Shown: positions 52,801 through 64,000 of the stretch, piece by piece | Layout: each line of letters starts with the position of its first letter | How positions within the stretch are numbered: position 1 is the stretch's first letter | Assembly: GCA_000708835.1 (NCBI GenBank) | Contig: DF236988.1 | Span: forward strand, 237,427 to 301,426 | From: Klebsormidium nitens | Lineage: Eukaryota; Plantae; Klebsormidiophyceae | Length of the DNA stretch: 64,000 nt | Direction of reading: 5' to 3' | The notes under the pieces: generated by a model | The model's input: only the letters and a program-made list of their open reading frames with translations | What the model was told of the DNA's origin: nothing | Database searches by the model: none | Translations under genes and position numbers: made by a program

Positions 52801-55800
52801 GGCTTATTCTCCTCAGGCACAAAGTGGCCCAGAAACCTGCAACAGGAGACGGTGGTGAATGCTTTCACTTTCCGGAATCAGATATGAGGGCAGCATATCG
52901 CCTCCTCATCTCGGAAGCCCGAGATCGAGTGTCGTTTCTTCTTCGTGGAAAGATATAAAAACTGCGGATCAAGAAGGGAGAAATGCTGCCTGTGGATCCA
53001 TGCCGCAATCAGTGATGTGAGCATGAAGATGATGAGGTCTGCTCTTCACAAGCAGAGGGCCTCGGACTCGACAAACACTGCACAAGCAGGATGCGTTTGA
53101 CGGCGGCTATGGTCGCTTAGAGTGGCCGTCCTCCAACCCGTAGCGCCTAACATTAAGAAGCGACATGAGAATGGAATGTCGTCGCCGCCAAATAATTCAC
53201 CAGCTTTCGTCGCGGGGCTCAAAGCAGTCTGGCACAGGCTGTGTCGCTGCAGTTCGCGGCGACCCGACGCCCTCCTTAAGAACCTTCATAAGACGTGGCT
53301 AAGAGATATGCAAAATGTGACATCAGCGGACAGCGCGCCGGCTCACAGGTTGATGGCGTCCTGCTTCTCCGCGTCGGTGTACGCATTGCTGTAGTAGCGC
53401 CGGATAGTCTTGAGCAGCTCCCGCGACTGCGTCGTCGCCTTCCACAGGCCCTGCCGCTCCGGAAACACCTGCGGTAACCAGACTGGTTAAGCTCTTTATT
53501 GCACTGTTCTAAGGGTGATTCATGACTAGCTGCCTGTCCAAACCCTGCCGCATCTTAACCACCTGCCCAGCTGCGAATCCAACCCTTTCAGGCTGGTCAC
53601 TTTCATACTATCTTCGCCATTCTTCAAATATATCGCCATAGTCTATCAATTCACAGGCCCTGCCGTTCCGGAAACACCTGCGGTAACCAGACTGGTTAAG
53701 CTCGTTCTTCACGGTTTCGCCAACATGAAAGTACGGATGACCGTTCTCGATCCCAAACGACCATGTACCGTTTAGCTCCATGTTCAGGCCCTGTCGACCT
53801 AAAACGCCTGAAAATCACAGGTTCAGGTTTTGTAGTTCAAGTTTTGTTGAGACCGATCGTCCTCTCAACAAGTCCAACCCTTTTCCCGTATGGTTTCGTT
53901 TTCTATCTCATGTTCCCCTCGCTCCACAGATCTGCCGCGCCAAATTTTTCCACACAAGAGAAAACGCATGTCACTCGCAGCTTCTCCACAATGTTGCTTG
54001 TGACCCTGCCGCTCCTCCTGAAGAAAAACCGCGCCTCACCATGTTATGCGCGGCAGAGCCCCCGTACTGCAGCGCGAGCACGTCGCCCATTTCCTGGTAC
54101 ATGTCCATCAGGATGCCGGCGACCTCCGACTCCGGGTCCAGCCGCGGGGACGAAAGGAAGCCTAGCGCGTGCAGCTGCCAAGGATTATTGCAATGGGCTT
54201 TCAGGACCGAGCCAGACTTCGATTCAAGGACATCCACGCCCAACAGATTGCATCAATCTGGATGGCAAATGTCTCTGAAAATGATCGCACTCTGTTTGTA
54301 AGGCAACTCGTTTATACGGCCCGTGATTCAAGGCAAACAGTGCCCCGCAGAGCGAATTCAGGCTTTCGACGACCACCTTAACCCGCACAGCCTTCCAATG
54401 TCTGACTCATAAAGAAGTGAGTCGACCTACAAGTTCGAGCAAACCTCTTTATCATGGACAGAGCCTGCAGCAATATCAGAAATATGTGTTGCACTCTTGA
54501 TAGCTAATACCTGGAGAGGGGTAAGCCGGCTAGTATAGAGCAAAGCCCCACCTGCCTCGCCAGAGCGGCCAGCCCGTATGCGTACTGCGCGACATTCGTA
54601 CGGTCCAAGCAGTCGATGCAGTTGGTCCGCAGCACCCCGGACTGCAGTCGGACCGGAACGGTCTCCCCACAACTGAACCTCACGTCCGTCCTCCTCTTGG
54701 GTACGTCGGAACCCTGGTTCCTTGGGTCGGAACCCCGCTTTCGCGCATCCATACCTTGCTTCATTGCGTCCGAATCCTGGTCCTTGGCGCCCAAACCCTT
54801 GTTCCTCGCGTCCGAAGCAGGCTTCCCCCTGTCCGACACCCCTGGTCTTTCTTCCGCATCCCCGTGTCCTGTTCTCCGCTTTTCCGACTCGCGCATCTTG
54901 GCAGAACTGAGACCGGAATGCGTTCCGGTATCCTCCGAGGTCTCCCTATCTGGTTTGTCAGCACTTACTGAAGTGCTGCCTGTTCCGTATCGACTGCTAT
55001 CACCCTTTTGCGAGTGTTCGAAAACTGACGCCGGTCCTGCGATCCGTTCCGGGCTCAGGGCTCGCGCGCCTTCGTTGTCTACCACAAGAATCATTCCGTT
55101 GTCCTCCGTCTCCTGTTCAATATCTTGTTCACTATCTTTATTTTGTGGTTTCGGTCTACCTTTCCCTTCTGAGTCGCCCTGCCTACCCGCACTATTCAGA
55201 TCTAGCAAACCGCCTTCCGGCGACCTATCCTCTATACTATCGGACCCCGCGTCTTTTATTGAGTCCGCTGGTTGATCAAGCGACCTAGACACAGACTCCC
55301 GCACTCTCTCGGACCCCACGTCTCCCCTTTCGGACGGCCGCTGCCCGTCCAAAACCCGCCCCACGTCCGCCTCCGCACTACCCGCTTCAGACGCACCCGC
55401 CTTCCCCGCTTTCTCACCTTCAGCCCACTCCGAAGTCTGCACGGCGGCATCCACTCGAGCTGACGCCCGCTTGACGTCTTCCCGTCCTGTGGAAGAGCCA
55501 CGTGCGCTCGACTTGGAAGTGACGTCGTCCTGTGACGTGGGCGCAGCGCGTGGGGTCACCTGGTTGGCCCGGTGCGTTCCGATCCTCTCCCTTCCGCTGA
55601 AGAAGAAGCTGGTAAGGTCGAGGGCCTCCTCGGCGATGCTCCCGAGAACCGTCAGCACGTTGGCGCCCTTCCTGCAGAGAAAAGAGATTTAAGGGTCAGG
55701 CTTCCTTGACGCAAGTGTGTACTTCTTGCAATTCAGAACTCTAAGAATTCAGCTTTATGTAGCAATAGCCGGCGCTCCCTGCGGGATTGGATTTTGGAGG

Positions 55801-58800
55801 TCGTGAGTCGCTCATTGGTGCGGGGTTTTTGGTGAGCTCAATCCCATTGACTCGGCTACGATGCGAACGAACCCGCCCAAAATGCTTTGCGACTGAGATG
55901 CCTCATTCGACTAGATACGCAATCAAAGAGGCTCGTTCAGAGGTGATGTCCTGCGTCATATCCGAACCCTCTTGCAGAGCTCTGAAAGCCACACTCAATG
56001 GTAATGGAAAGGCCGAGCTCTACAGGCGAACTAGAGTGGGAATCCATGTGCCCTCACGTCTTGGCAAACTTGTGGAAGTCCCAGTGAATGAACTTGAGCT
56101 TCTCTCGGTCCCCGAGCGTCTGGTTCAGGTACCCCACCGCGTTGGCAAATTCGCGGCGCAGGATCATCTCGCGCGGCCGTTTCTCGACCGTCTTGATCAG
56201 GTTCAGGATGATGATCGGGTTGCCATAGCGGCGCGCGAGGTCCTGGAAGTGCAGGCTGGTGGCCTGATACACCGGGTCGTACCGGACCACTGCAGCGGCA
56301 AGGTTCAGGTTCAGGTTGAGAGTCATCAGGATGTGGGGTTTAGGATCTGGAAAATTGTTTTACTCCGGGCTGATGAGGATAGTCGTCAAAGTGCCCTGAC
56401 ACTGGGTCGCATGGGCACCACTGCAGGGGTGAGGGTCAGGTTCGGCTTGAAAGTCTTGAGGATATGAAGTCCAAGTTCAGAGAATTCTTTGATTCGGGCT
56501 GATGAGTATAGTCTCTAAAGTGCAGGCTGGTGGCCTGATACACTGGGTCGTAGCGCACAAGTGCACCAGTGCAGGGGTAAGGAAAAGGTTTAGGGTGAGA
56601 GTCTTGAAGATATGGATTTCAGAATCTGGAAGATTGATCATTCGGGGCTTATGAGGACAGTCCTCAAAGTGCAGACTGATGGCCTGGTACACTGGTACAC
56701 TGGGTCGTCGCGCACCCGTGCAGGTGATGGGAGCGATTGATGTCGGCATTCGGATGGTCGGTAATCGATCTTCGTATAGAACGACTTGTGGAAGTGCCGA
56801 CTAGTGGCCTGATACTAGATTCGGACCGTAGTATTGCGAGGAAAAGAGTCGTATCAGACTCCTGGTAGCACAGGCCTTGCCCTCGCACGAATAGAAACTT
56901 CACCTTGCGTTCAACCGATGGACAGCCTGCTTTGGAGCCAGTACCTTCACAAACATGCGTGCCCGACACCCACTGATTGGTCCCCTTGCTGGAAAGGATT
57001 GAAAGAGAACGACATGATGGGAGGTGAAACTAACCGAACACTGCCTCTAATGAAGCACAACATTGACTGTGAGCTGGTCTCAAACGGAGAAGCGAAGGCG
57101 AACAATTGCGAATGAAGCACTCACACACGATGTCCGGCTTCGGGCTGAGCTTGCTTGTCTCCTGCGACCAGAACAGCGGGATGGAGCCCCGATTCTGCAC
57201 CACGCTCGTGATTGGCCAGCGGCCGCGCCCCGGCCCTTCCTCCGCTACCAGTTGCTCCGTCTCCACGTCGTTTGCCACGCGGCCCTTGTCATTGACGCCG
57301 CGCTTCAGGTAGCGGGTGCCGGCGAAGTGGCGTGACCGGCGAGCGAGCAGAGTCACAGAGAAGACCCGGCTGCAGGGAAAATATTAAGATCGTTCACCGG
57401 ACAGTCGGCAGCCGTCGGGATCACTGGATGTCCGTTGTAAAATCTTGGCAAGCGTAGTCCGACTTCTTATCAAGTGACGGGCTGAACCAAAACAGGCACG
57501 ATGACATTGAACATACATCTGCACGAGAAAGCGTGCTTAAGCGAAGTCCTTTGTAGAGGGAACAAGATAATGAGAAGCCGTACTGACTGATCTTAGTAGG
57601 CTGACGGTTGCAGTAAGTCGGCTGCCGACGTGCAGAGTGATTTGGTTGCCGACTCAGAATGAGACGAAGGTCAAGGTAGATGGAAGAACATGCTTCGGCA
57701 TTTGACTGCTGGTTCGGTCGTCCAACGAGTTGAGCGACGTGTGGTCCCCTTTTCGCTCTTCGTATGCTCCACTAAACGTAAAAGAGAGCTCGTGCTTAGG
57801 TCCCTCTATGACGGACGCTTGTCCACTGGAAATCCAGGGAACGAGCTCAGTGTCTTCGAGCAATGCGAATCCGGTGTGTTGGAACGGGCAGCTCGCACCG
57901 AACATCGGCCCTCACCCGAAGAGCGACAAGCGCGCCTGCGAGAAGTAGCCGTGAACGAGCGGGACCGTCCAGCGGGTGTTGCCCAGACGCTCCTGGATGC
58001 CACGTGTCAGAAAAGCGTTCCACACGAACATAGTGTCGACGGCGCCGGAGCCCTGGCCCGGGTAGAGCGCGTTGCGCTGAAAAGTCTGCATCAGGCGGTA
58101 CGTGTAGCTGAAGAAGAAATCCTTGGTCAGGTCCACGCCTGACAGCAGCTTCTTGTACCTGGACATATCGGGTTACAGATACTCAAGACTCTGAGATTTT
58201 GAACTTTATCAGGATCAGTAACGGTACGGAGCTCCGTACTTAAGACAGATTGGATGCAAGGTCCAGGTCATCTTCATGGCGAGGATCTCCACCAGCAAAC
58301 TTCTTGTACCGAAAGAGAAGCCGCCTCACGAGATTCACAAGTTAGTCGGAATCACGAACTAGGGCAACGAATGACGTCGCTTTGAGGTGCCAGTTCCTGA
58401 CTTGCGAATTTCTTTTGGTCATATTGTTGACAATAGTCTCTTGATCACGAAGTAATTGTTTTGGACTACAATCGCTCACTGAGTCATGTATTGATGCGTG
58501 ACCAGAAGTGGGTTCCAGAACTCAGTCAGTACATTCCAAAAGCCTGTCGTTGGGACTGAGCTCCAAATCCTGGAGACAAATCAGGTTGTGCTGTTCTAAC
58601 CTGGGCCCAAAGTGTCCACTTCGAGAATCTTCTCGTGGCAGAAATCAAACGGCTGATGGCATGTAAATCGACCAGAACGTCTTTTTTCAAATTGAATGGA
58701 CGGCAGGGAAGCAATTTAAGTTTTCCACAGAGTCTATCGGATTGCAGTGGCTCAAAACTTGTGTGTTGGACAGCCTTCCTGGCACTGATTACTCCTGGTG

Positions 58801-59999
58801 GCCCCTGCCAACAGAAACGGCTACTTGCACGCTGTCCAGGTTGTTCCTTGCACCAATTCCATGAAGACAGCAGCGAAGTTTGGAGAAATATAAGAGCTCT
58901 GAGGACGTCACTCTGGCAAAACCGTGCTGTCAGAAGTGTGTGACCCACCTGAGCTCAAGCTTCGAATGCGGTGAGTCTCGTTGCACCGAGGGATGGGGCA
59001 CAGTGATAAGGGCCGTGTCTTCAATGGAGTACACGGCATGCCCACAGATGGTCCCCACCTGCCGTCGTCTGGTGACCAGGATCATGTAGTAACATTCCAG
59101 GAACCTGATGAAGCCTGCACAAAATAAAATTGTAAGGGACTTGCGAAGGCAAGTTTTAAGTTCTGATGACTGGATTTTGTTGTCAAGGCTACCACAAGGA
59201 GAGAGCATTGAATGACATATTTGGATTCCAAGAGCGTTGTAGACATGCACAGCCAATTGTTGCACAGATTACTTCTACGGACATTCACTCAGCAATCTCA
59301 ATAAGGTGACAAAAACTGAATCTAAAGTTGACGCAAAATGGGCTTTGAGATAATGTGAGATGCGCTTCAGGCCCCCTCACCAGGATACATCTTGACACAC
59401 AAGAGGCACTGCTTGACACCTCGAAAACTAAAGGAAAGTGCCAGCTCAGATTGGTTTCCTGTTCCGAAGCTGGCTGTATCAGTTTGATTGCTCACCAACC
59501 ACTCCATAGGCTTTTGTCACCAGTTGAAGGCCCCCCGTTGACCTGTTCCCCTCCGCAACTGTTTGAAGAACAGACTTGCACTCTGCCTGAGAGTACACCG
59601 CAGGATCCTCAGAGAGACTCAGGTCCTCAGGCTCAGACCGATCAATCTTCAAAATGCGCCAATGCTGCCGGTCTTTGCTCCACCCGACCAGGTAGTACCG
59701 CTGCGACAGGAATATTGGGTGGTTAAGACAGACTTGCTCAGCGGTTCAAATGAGAATGCATATAAAAAGAGAATTTTTGAAACATGAGCTGATTGCATGG
59801 GTGACGCTGTGATCATAGATGAATATCACACTTGTCAGAGACCTGAAGGTGCATAAGTCATAAGAAAAGATCGAAGAATAAAAGGTTTGAGAGGCAGTGC
59901 ATCCCTCACAGCACGGGTCTCGTAGAGGTTGAACTTTTCCAAGGAGTAGCCAGCTTCTGCCCCATCGTGGCCGCCGTCGTCAAACCGCGCCAGACCCAT
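49834..59999 (-). CDS. FIG4: SAC-domain phosphoinositide phosphatase, FIG4 / plant SAC1-5 type. Exons 59999-59910, 59700-59496, 59114-58949, 58158-57916, 57369-57125, 56289-56058, 55671-54552, 54174-54040, 53468-53347, 52836-52714, 52337-52140, 51572-51512, 50914-50772, 50140-49834
   Basis: [68 protein letters not shown], catalytic [56 protein letters not shown]. All 13 introns are GT-AG with consistent phases. Confidence 0.95.
53443..53703 (-). repeat. Near-identical 52-bp duplication of an acceptor junction (53443-53494 and 53652-53703)
   Basis: CACAGGCCCTGCCG(C/T)TCCGGAAACACCTGCGGTAACCAGACTGGTTAAGCTC occurs twice with 1 mismatch, offset 209 bp. Confidence 0.95.
54684..54815 (-). repeat. 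Degenerate 21-bp (7-aa) coding tandem repeat within the SAC insertion
   Basis: [42 protein letters not shown]; plus-strand units begin GTCCG/GTCGG at a 21-bp period. Confidence 0.65.
56345..56830 (-). repeat. Tandem decayed copies of a SAC acceptor and exon start ([14 protein letters not shown])
   Basis: Copies near 56385-56430 (CTGCAG intact), 56505-56575, 56655-56725 (AG mutated to AC) and 56795-56830, versus the modelled acceptor at 56289. Confidence 0.88.
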
Positions 60000-60327
60000 G
60001 GCACCTGACCTATCTCGTCAACGTAGCTTCTTTCAGCCCCGCATCCCGCTCACAGCCGAGGAGGTTCTGCTTCCCCAAGAGTCTCCATGATTTTCTATAT
60101 TCTAGCGCCCAGGGAATGAGATGTAGTGTCTGGTATGTCCCACCACCTCGTTCTCGCCATGCATCATGCCCAGCTTGCACATCCGAGCTAATTTGAAACA
60201 AGGCCAGGCGGTGTGATTCTCAACCCGGAATTGAACCGAGCTGGAAAGCCTTGAGGCTCGGCCACCTTAAATGTCAGGGTTATTGGTAACCACCCAATGC
60301 TGTAGCTGGCCGAAATCTGTCCAGACC

Positions 60328-60376
60328 TCAACTTCAACTTCAAGTTCAACTTCAAGAGCAGAGCAGAGCAGAGCAG
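60328..60376 (+). repeat. Compound microsatellite (TCAACT)5-like plus (GAGCA)4 between the divergent SAC and COPE starts
   Basis: Seen directly. Confidence 0.75.
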
Positions 60377-60623
60377 TGCCAGCTTTGCTATGAGTCATGT
60401 GTCAAAGATCAATGCAACTTGCAAGGCTGAGCAGTGAGGAGGGCGGCAATTCGGACAAGGCGCTTGAACAGGCACTTTAGTCTATCCATAGATCCTCCGA
60501 CGTGCTTTGCAACTTCAAGAGGCTTGGATAGCCAAGAAGGCTGGAGCGAATTTTGCAGCCCAGCTTTGATTGATTTGCCCTTCTTTTCAGTTGAAAACCT
60601 GACGCTAGCGCCAAGCTTCCAAA

Positions 60624-63442
60624 ATGAGCGAATCCGACCGCTTGTATGGTTTCAGGAACAACTTCTATCTGGGAGCCTATCAAGCCCTTGTTGACGACCA
60701 TGAGATCGAGGGTTTGACTGAGTCAGAGGTCCTTGAGCGTGACACAATTTTGCACCGTTCAAATATAGCCCTGGGAAACCATCAAGTGAGTCTCTTTGAT
60801 GGTCTTTCGATGGCGTCCGATAAGCAGTCTGCTTTTGCCCAAGTAGGCACATTGTCTTGCCGCATTACAGTGCGATCTGCCCGCATACTTGCAGGCTCTT
60901 GCTTTTGGTGATTGCATTCTGGTCGCAAGTAGTAAGTGCCTAAGCTGGGTGCAAATCTAGTCTTCACTTGAGTAGTCCCCACTGTTGAGTTCCAGCATTG
61001 ATTGGTCACCTATCTGTGACTGATGATGAACAGAATTGCGCTCCCATCGTTAGTTATGAGAGTTCCGCTTCACCGTCAAGTGTCATCAGTCACGGGAAAA
61101 AGAAGCAAAACAGGTCAGCTGCTGAGTCACATGGTGAACCCTATTTCTTGCTTTGCTCTGCTGCAATCAGGTTGTTCTGGACTCCATCAAGCCGTCCTCA
61201 CCAACAGCGTTTCAAGCCCTGCGGCTGCTCGCTCTCTACCTCTCTGATCCAACAAAGAAGGTAGGAGAGCTTTGCAAAGATTACTATCTGGGATAATATG
61301 GCGAGTTTGACACAATGTGCACCAGCATCAAGTAGCAATTCAGCAACTGGTCTTTGATGCCCCATAGTCTGCATTTCAATCTTGCTTTGAGAGTAACCTC
61401 CTCAACATTTCTGCATAATGAGAGTCACATCAGAACCACCGCGTAGGCTGTCCTCTGGTTCAGTTTGAACAATCCAACAGGTGGTCAGACTGCCAAATTA
61501 TGGGATCCCCTTGTTGCAGGAGGAGGCTGTGGAGGCCATTCAGGACCTGCTTTCAGATCCTGCCACCGCGAACAACATAACACTGATCTTAGCTGCCGCA
61601 TCGATCCTGAGCCATGAAGGCAACTATGCTGACGCCCTAAAGTTCACACATGCGTCTACCAACCTGGAAGTGTGAGTGGTTCCTTTTCAGAAGCTTTGAA
61701 GTTCTAACAATGTTCCATACATGGATTAGTCACATAACAGTTGTACTGCGTGGAGGTCACGCTGAGAAGCTTGGTGTCCGCACACAGCCGCTCATAAAAG
61801 TGCAGGGAAGAGCTCCTTGATGTCTAAGAGATGGCTTGTTGCATTTGGCCACACGTTCAACTGTCTTGATGGGAGCCGCAATGCTTTTTTTTCTAATGCT
61901 TGATGCAAGGCAACATTAGTATGCCGGAACCCAACACGTGAGGACCTTCGGATTTGCAGGCAGGCTCTCAACGTGCAAATGTATCTGAAAATGGACCGGC
62001 CCGACGCCGCTGAGAAGCAGATGAAGGCCATGCAGGCTATTGACGAAGATCACACCCTAACGCAGCTGGCAAACGCATGGGTTGACCTGGGCCTGGTAAA
62101 CAGCCACGTTTTGAGGATTGTCCGTGATCCACTTTGAAGTGCAAACTCGACTTGATTAATGCTGCTGACTCCTGTGAGCACTTTGGGACTTCGCTATTCA
62201 GCCCTTAAAAGCTCTGGTGTCAGAGGAGTCACCTGCTAATCTTTTCTTTGAATCGGCAAGTGTCAGAGATTGAGGGTTGACAATCAAAGTCAGGCTTTGG
62301 TTGCCCGCTTCGAGAGGGCACACCCCTATTGGTAAGATTAGTTTCCATCCAAGGAGTGTTAAGGTTTCAACGTTCTGGTCGGAATTGTTTCGTGGCGGAC
62401 GGCCGGACCAGGGTGTCCGAAACTGGAAACGATCAACGAGCCTATTCCATGGGATGCCACACGAGTGAGCTTTTTCGCATCTGTGATTTGAGCTCATAAA
62501 TCTGCTGCAGCCCCACAACGAGACTCATCCCGGATTGTTCGATATGTTTGTTACCGAGACCGTTGGTCAGAAAACTTTGACCAGTGGCACAGCGTATTCC
62601 TTCACTCCTGCACGATTGGACTAAAGGCGTATGGTTGACTTTTTTGCAGGGTGGTTCGAAGATCCAGGATGCCTACTACATCTACCAGGAGCTGTCCGAA
62701 AAGTTCCTCCAGACCTCATACCTCCTGAACGGCTCTGCTGTGTGCAACATCCACAAGGGGAACTTCGAGGAAGCTGAGAGCTTGCTCCAAGAGGCCCTGC
62801 AGAAGGTACGAAGTTCCTGCAGCATCTGTCGCAGTTCTGCTGCCAAAGGTTCAAATGAGCAAAGCAATTGTATGTAAAAAGGAGTGCAGGAGCGTGATCT
62901 TTATGTATGCGCAGCATGTATGTTGCCTGTGGTCGCTGCTTCGCATTCACGTCCTTCTTTACCTCGCCAACTTCCGGCTGTAGTGCACAAGTCCTCACCG
63001 TTTCAGAGATTCACATCTTTTCCTTGCTCGCTACTGATCGAGTTCGATCTTGCAGGATCCGAAAGATGCTGACACCTTGGCTAACCTGGTGGTCGTCGAA
63101 CTTCACCTTGGCAAGCCTGCCACGAAATACCTAAGGTAAGTTCTTTTCTAGTTTGTCAATCAATTTTCATGTCCCTTATTTGAGGTTCGACATTGTCTTT
63201 GACAACGCGTGCATGGTGCGAGTAAACCGACCCTTTCACGTGATCAGGTGGTTTCATATGTACTAAGCGTTCCATGTGCATTTAGACTCGTTCTGATTGA
63301 AAGTGGTTCTTGATCTGAAATCTTGAACAACGGCCATTTGTTTTGCAGCCAACTGAAGACGGCAGCGCCATCTCACGTCTTGGTTAAAAAATTGCAGTTG
63401 AGGGAAGAAAGCTTTGACCGGGCTGTTCAAGCATATGCCTAA
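60624..63442 (+). CDS. COPE: Coatomer subunit epsilon. Exons 60624-60785, 61171-61260, 61520-61671, 61960-62095, 62650-62805, 63056-63135, 63349-63442
   Basis: DRLYGFRNNFYLGAYQ, ALNVQMYLKMDRPDAAEKQMKAMQAIDEDHTLTQLANAW, IQDAYYIYQELSEK, LLNGSAVC, DADTLANLVV, EESFDRAV*. Phases are consistent. Confidence 0.95.
61015..61131 (+). ncRNA. Candidate intronic box C/D snoRNA in COPE intron 1
   Basis: TGTGAC-TG-ATGATGA ... CTGA-GTCACA: C box, D box and a perfect 6-bp terminal stem, 117 nt. No rRNA guide match recognised. Confidence 0.25.
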
Positions 63443-64000
63443 AAGCTGGCCTAATTGTCGTCTTGAGGCAGAAGGTCGCACTTTTCGAACTGCACATCAT
63501 ATCACGATACTGAAACATTGTCTTTCAAACGCACATAGAAGATGCACATGATGTCACAAACAATGAGATAACGTCAATCAAATTCTAACTGTTCAACTGC
63601 CTGCTCTGACAAAGCGACGGTCTCACCTGTTACGCGCTTAATAAGTTAGCATGGCAATGCTTATTTAGATTTGAGCCTCTGTGTTGTCCGTTTTCAAAGG
63701 CTGTTTCCATATCGCGGGCCTGATTGTTGCATAAGCCATCAAGCTGTTCCGGGTCACTCTGCTGGCGGCAATGAATGGCATCAGCATGATGATCTCCTCG
63801 ACATTCCGTGTTGCATCTTGCATACAACCTGAGTGCATGATTCAGGACGCTGGTTAGACATACATATGAAATTTTCCGTCCATGCAAAGGTGACACATAG
63901 GAAATGCACGAGAAGTCGGGTCGTAATGCGGAGTCTCTTTGGCGGGCCGCGGTACGGCCGGACTAGCCCGCGCCGAAAATTCGATGTGTCCGGCCGCCGC

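Noticed and set aside
54616-55275. 219-aa plus-strand ORF
   Set aside because: Antisense shadow of the large SAC exon; similar shadow ORFs over DSK2, ProRS and psbR exons were ignored too.
57405-57628. 11-bp inverted repeat (GTCGGCAGCCG / CGGCTGCCGAC) about 200 bp apart in a SAC intron
   Set aside because: No target-site duplication and too short to call a MITE.
58526-58948. 140-codon ORF in a SAC intron (also 62198-62518 in a COPE intron and 40169-40510)
   Set aside because: No recognisable motif, splice context or GC3 bias; cannot be supported beyond chance.
60215-60275. Minus-strand GGTGGCCGAG ... GGTTCAATTCC, resembling A and B boxes
   Set aside because: The boxes are too close and no cloverleaf can be folded.

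Overview
Eukaryotic, intron-rich nuclear DNA with GC3-rich exons. The gene content (MED16/SFR6-like, RTE1-like, PsbR) suggests a streptophyte green alga such as Klebsormidium; this is inferred, not verified. I spliced nine genes by hand using splice consensus and phase continuity: the 3' end of MED16 (+), RTE1/TMEM222 (+), ubiquilin DSK2 (-), a WW-domain PQBP1-like gene (+), cytosolic-type prolyl-tRNA synthetase (-), two tandem PsbR-like paralogs (-), a SAC/FIG4 phosphoinositide phosphatase (-) and coatomer epsilon (+). Positions ~3.1-15.3 kb are an accessory zone with a nad1 NUMT, coding relics whose stops fit C->T mutation, and a GC-rich HExxH-containing ORF split by one TGA. The most striking unexplained pattern is that many introns carry tandem, progressively decayed copies of the adjacent exon-intron junction, often with intact splice sites. 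Also notable: 5 of 61 modelled introns need GC donors, and a 183-bp MITE with a 9-bp TSD lies upstream of one PsbR copy. No rRNA, convincing tRNA or CRISPR array was seen.
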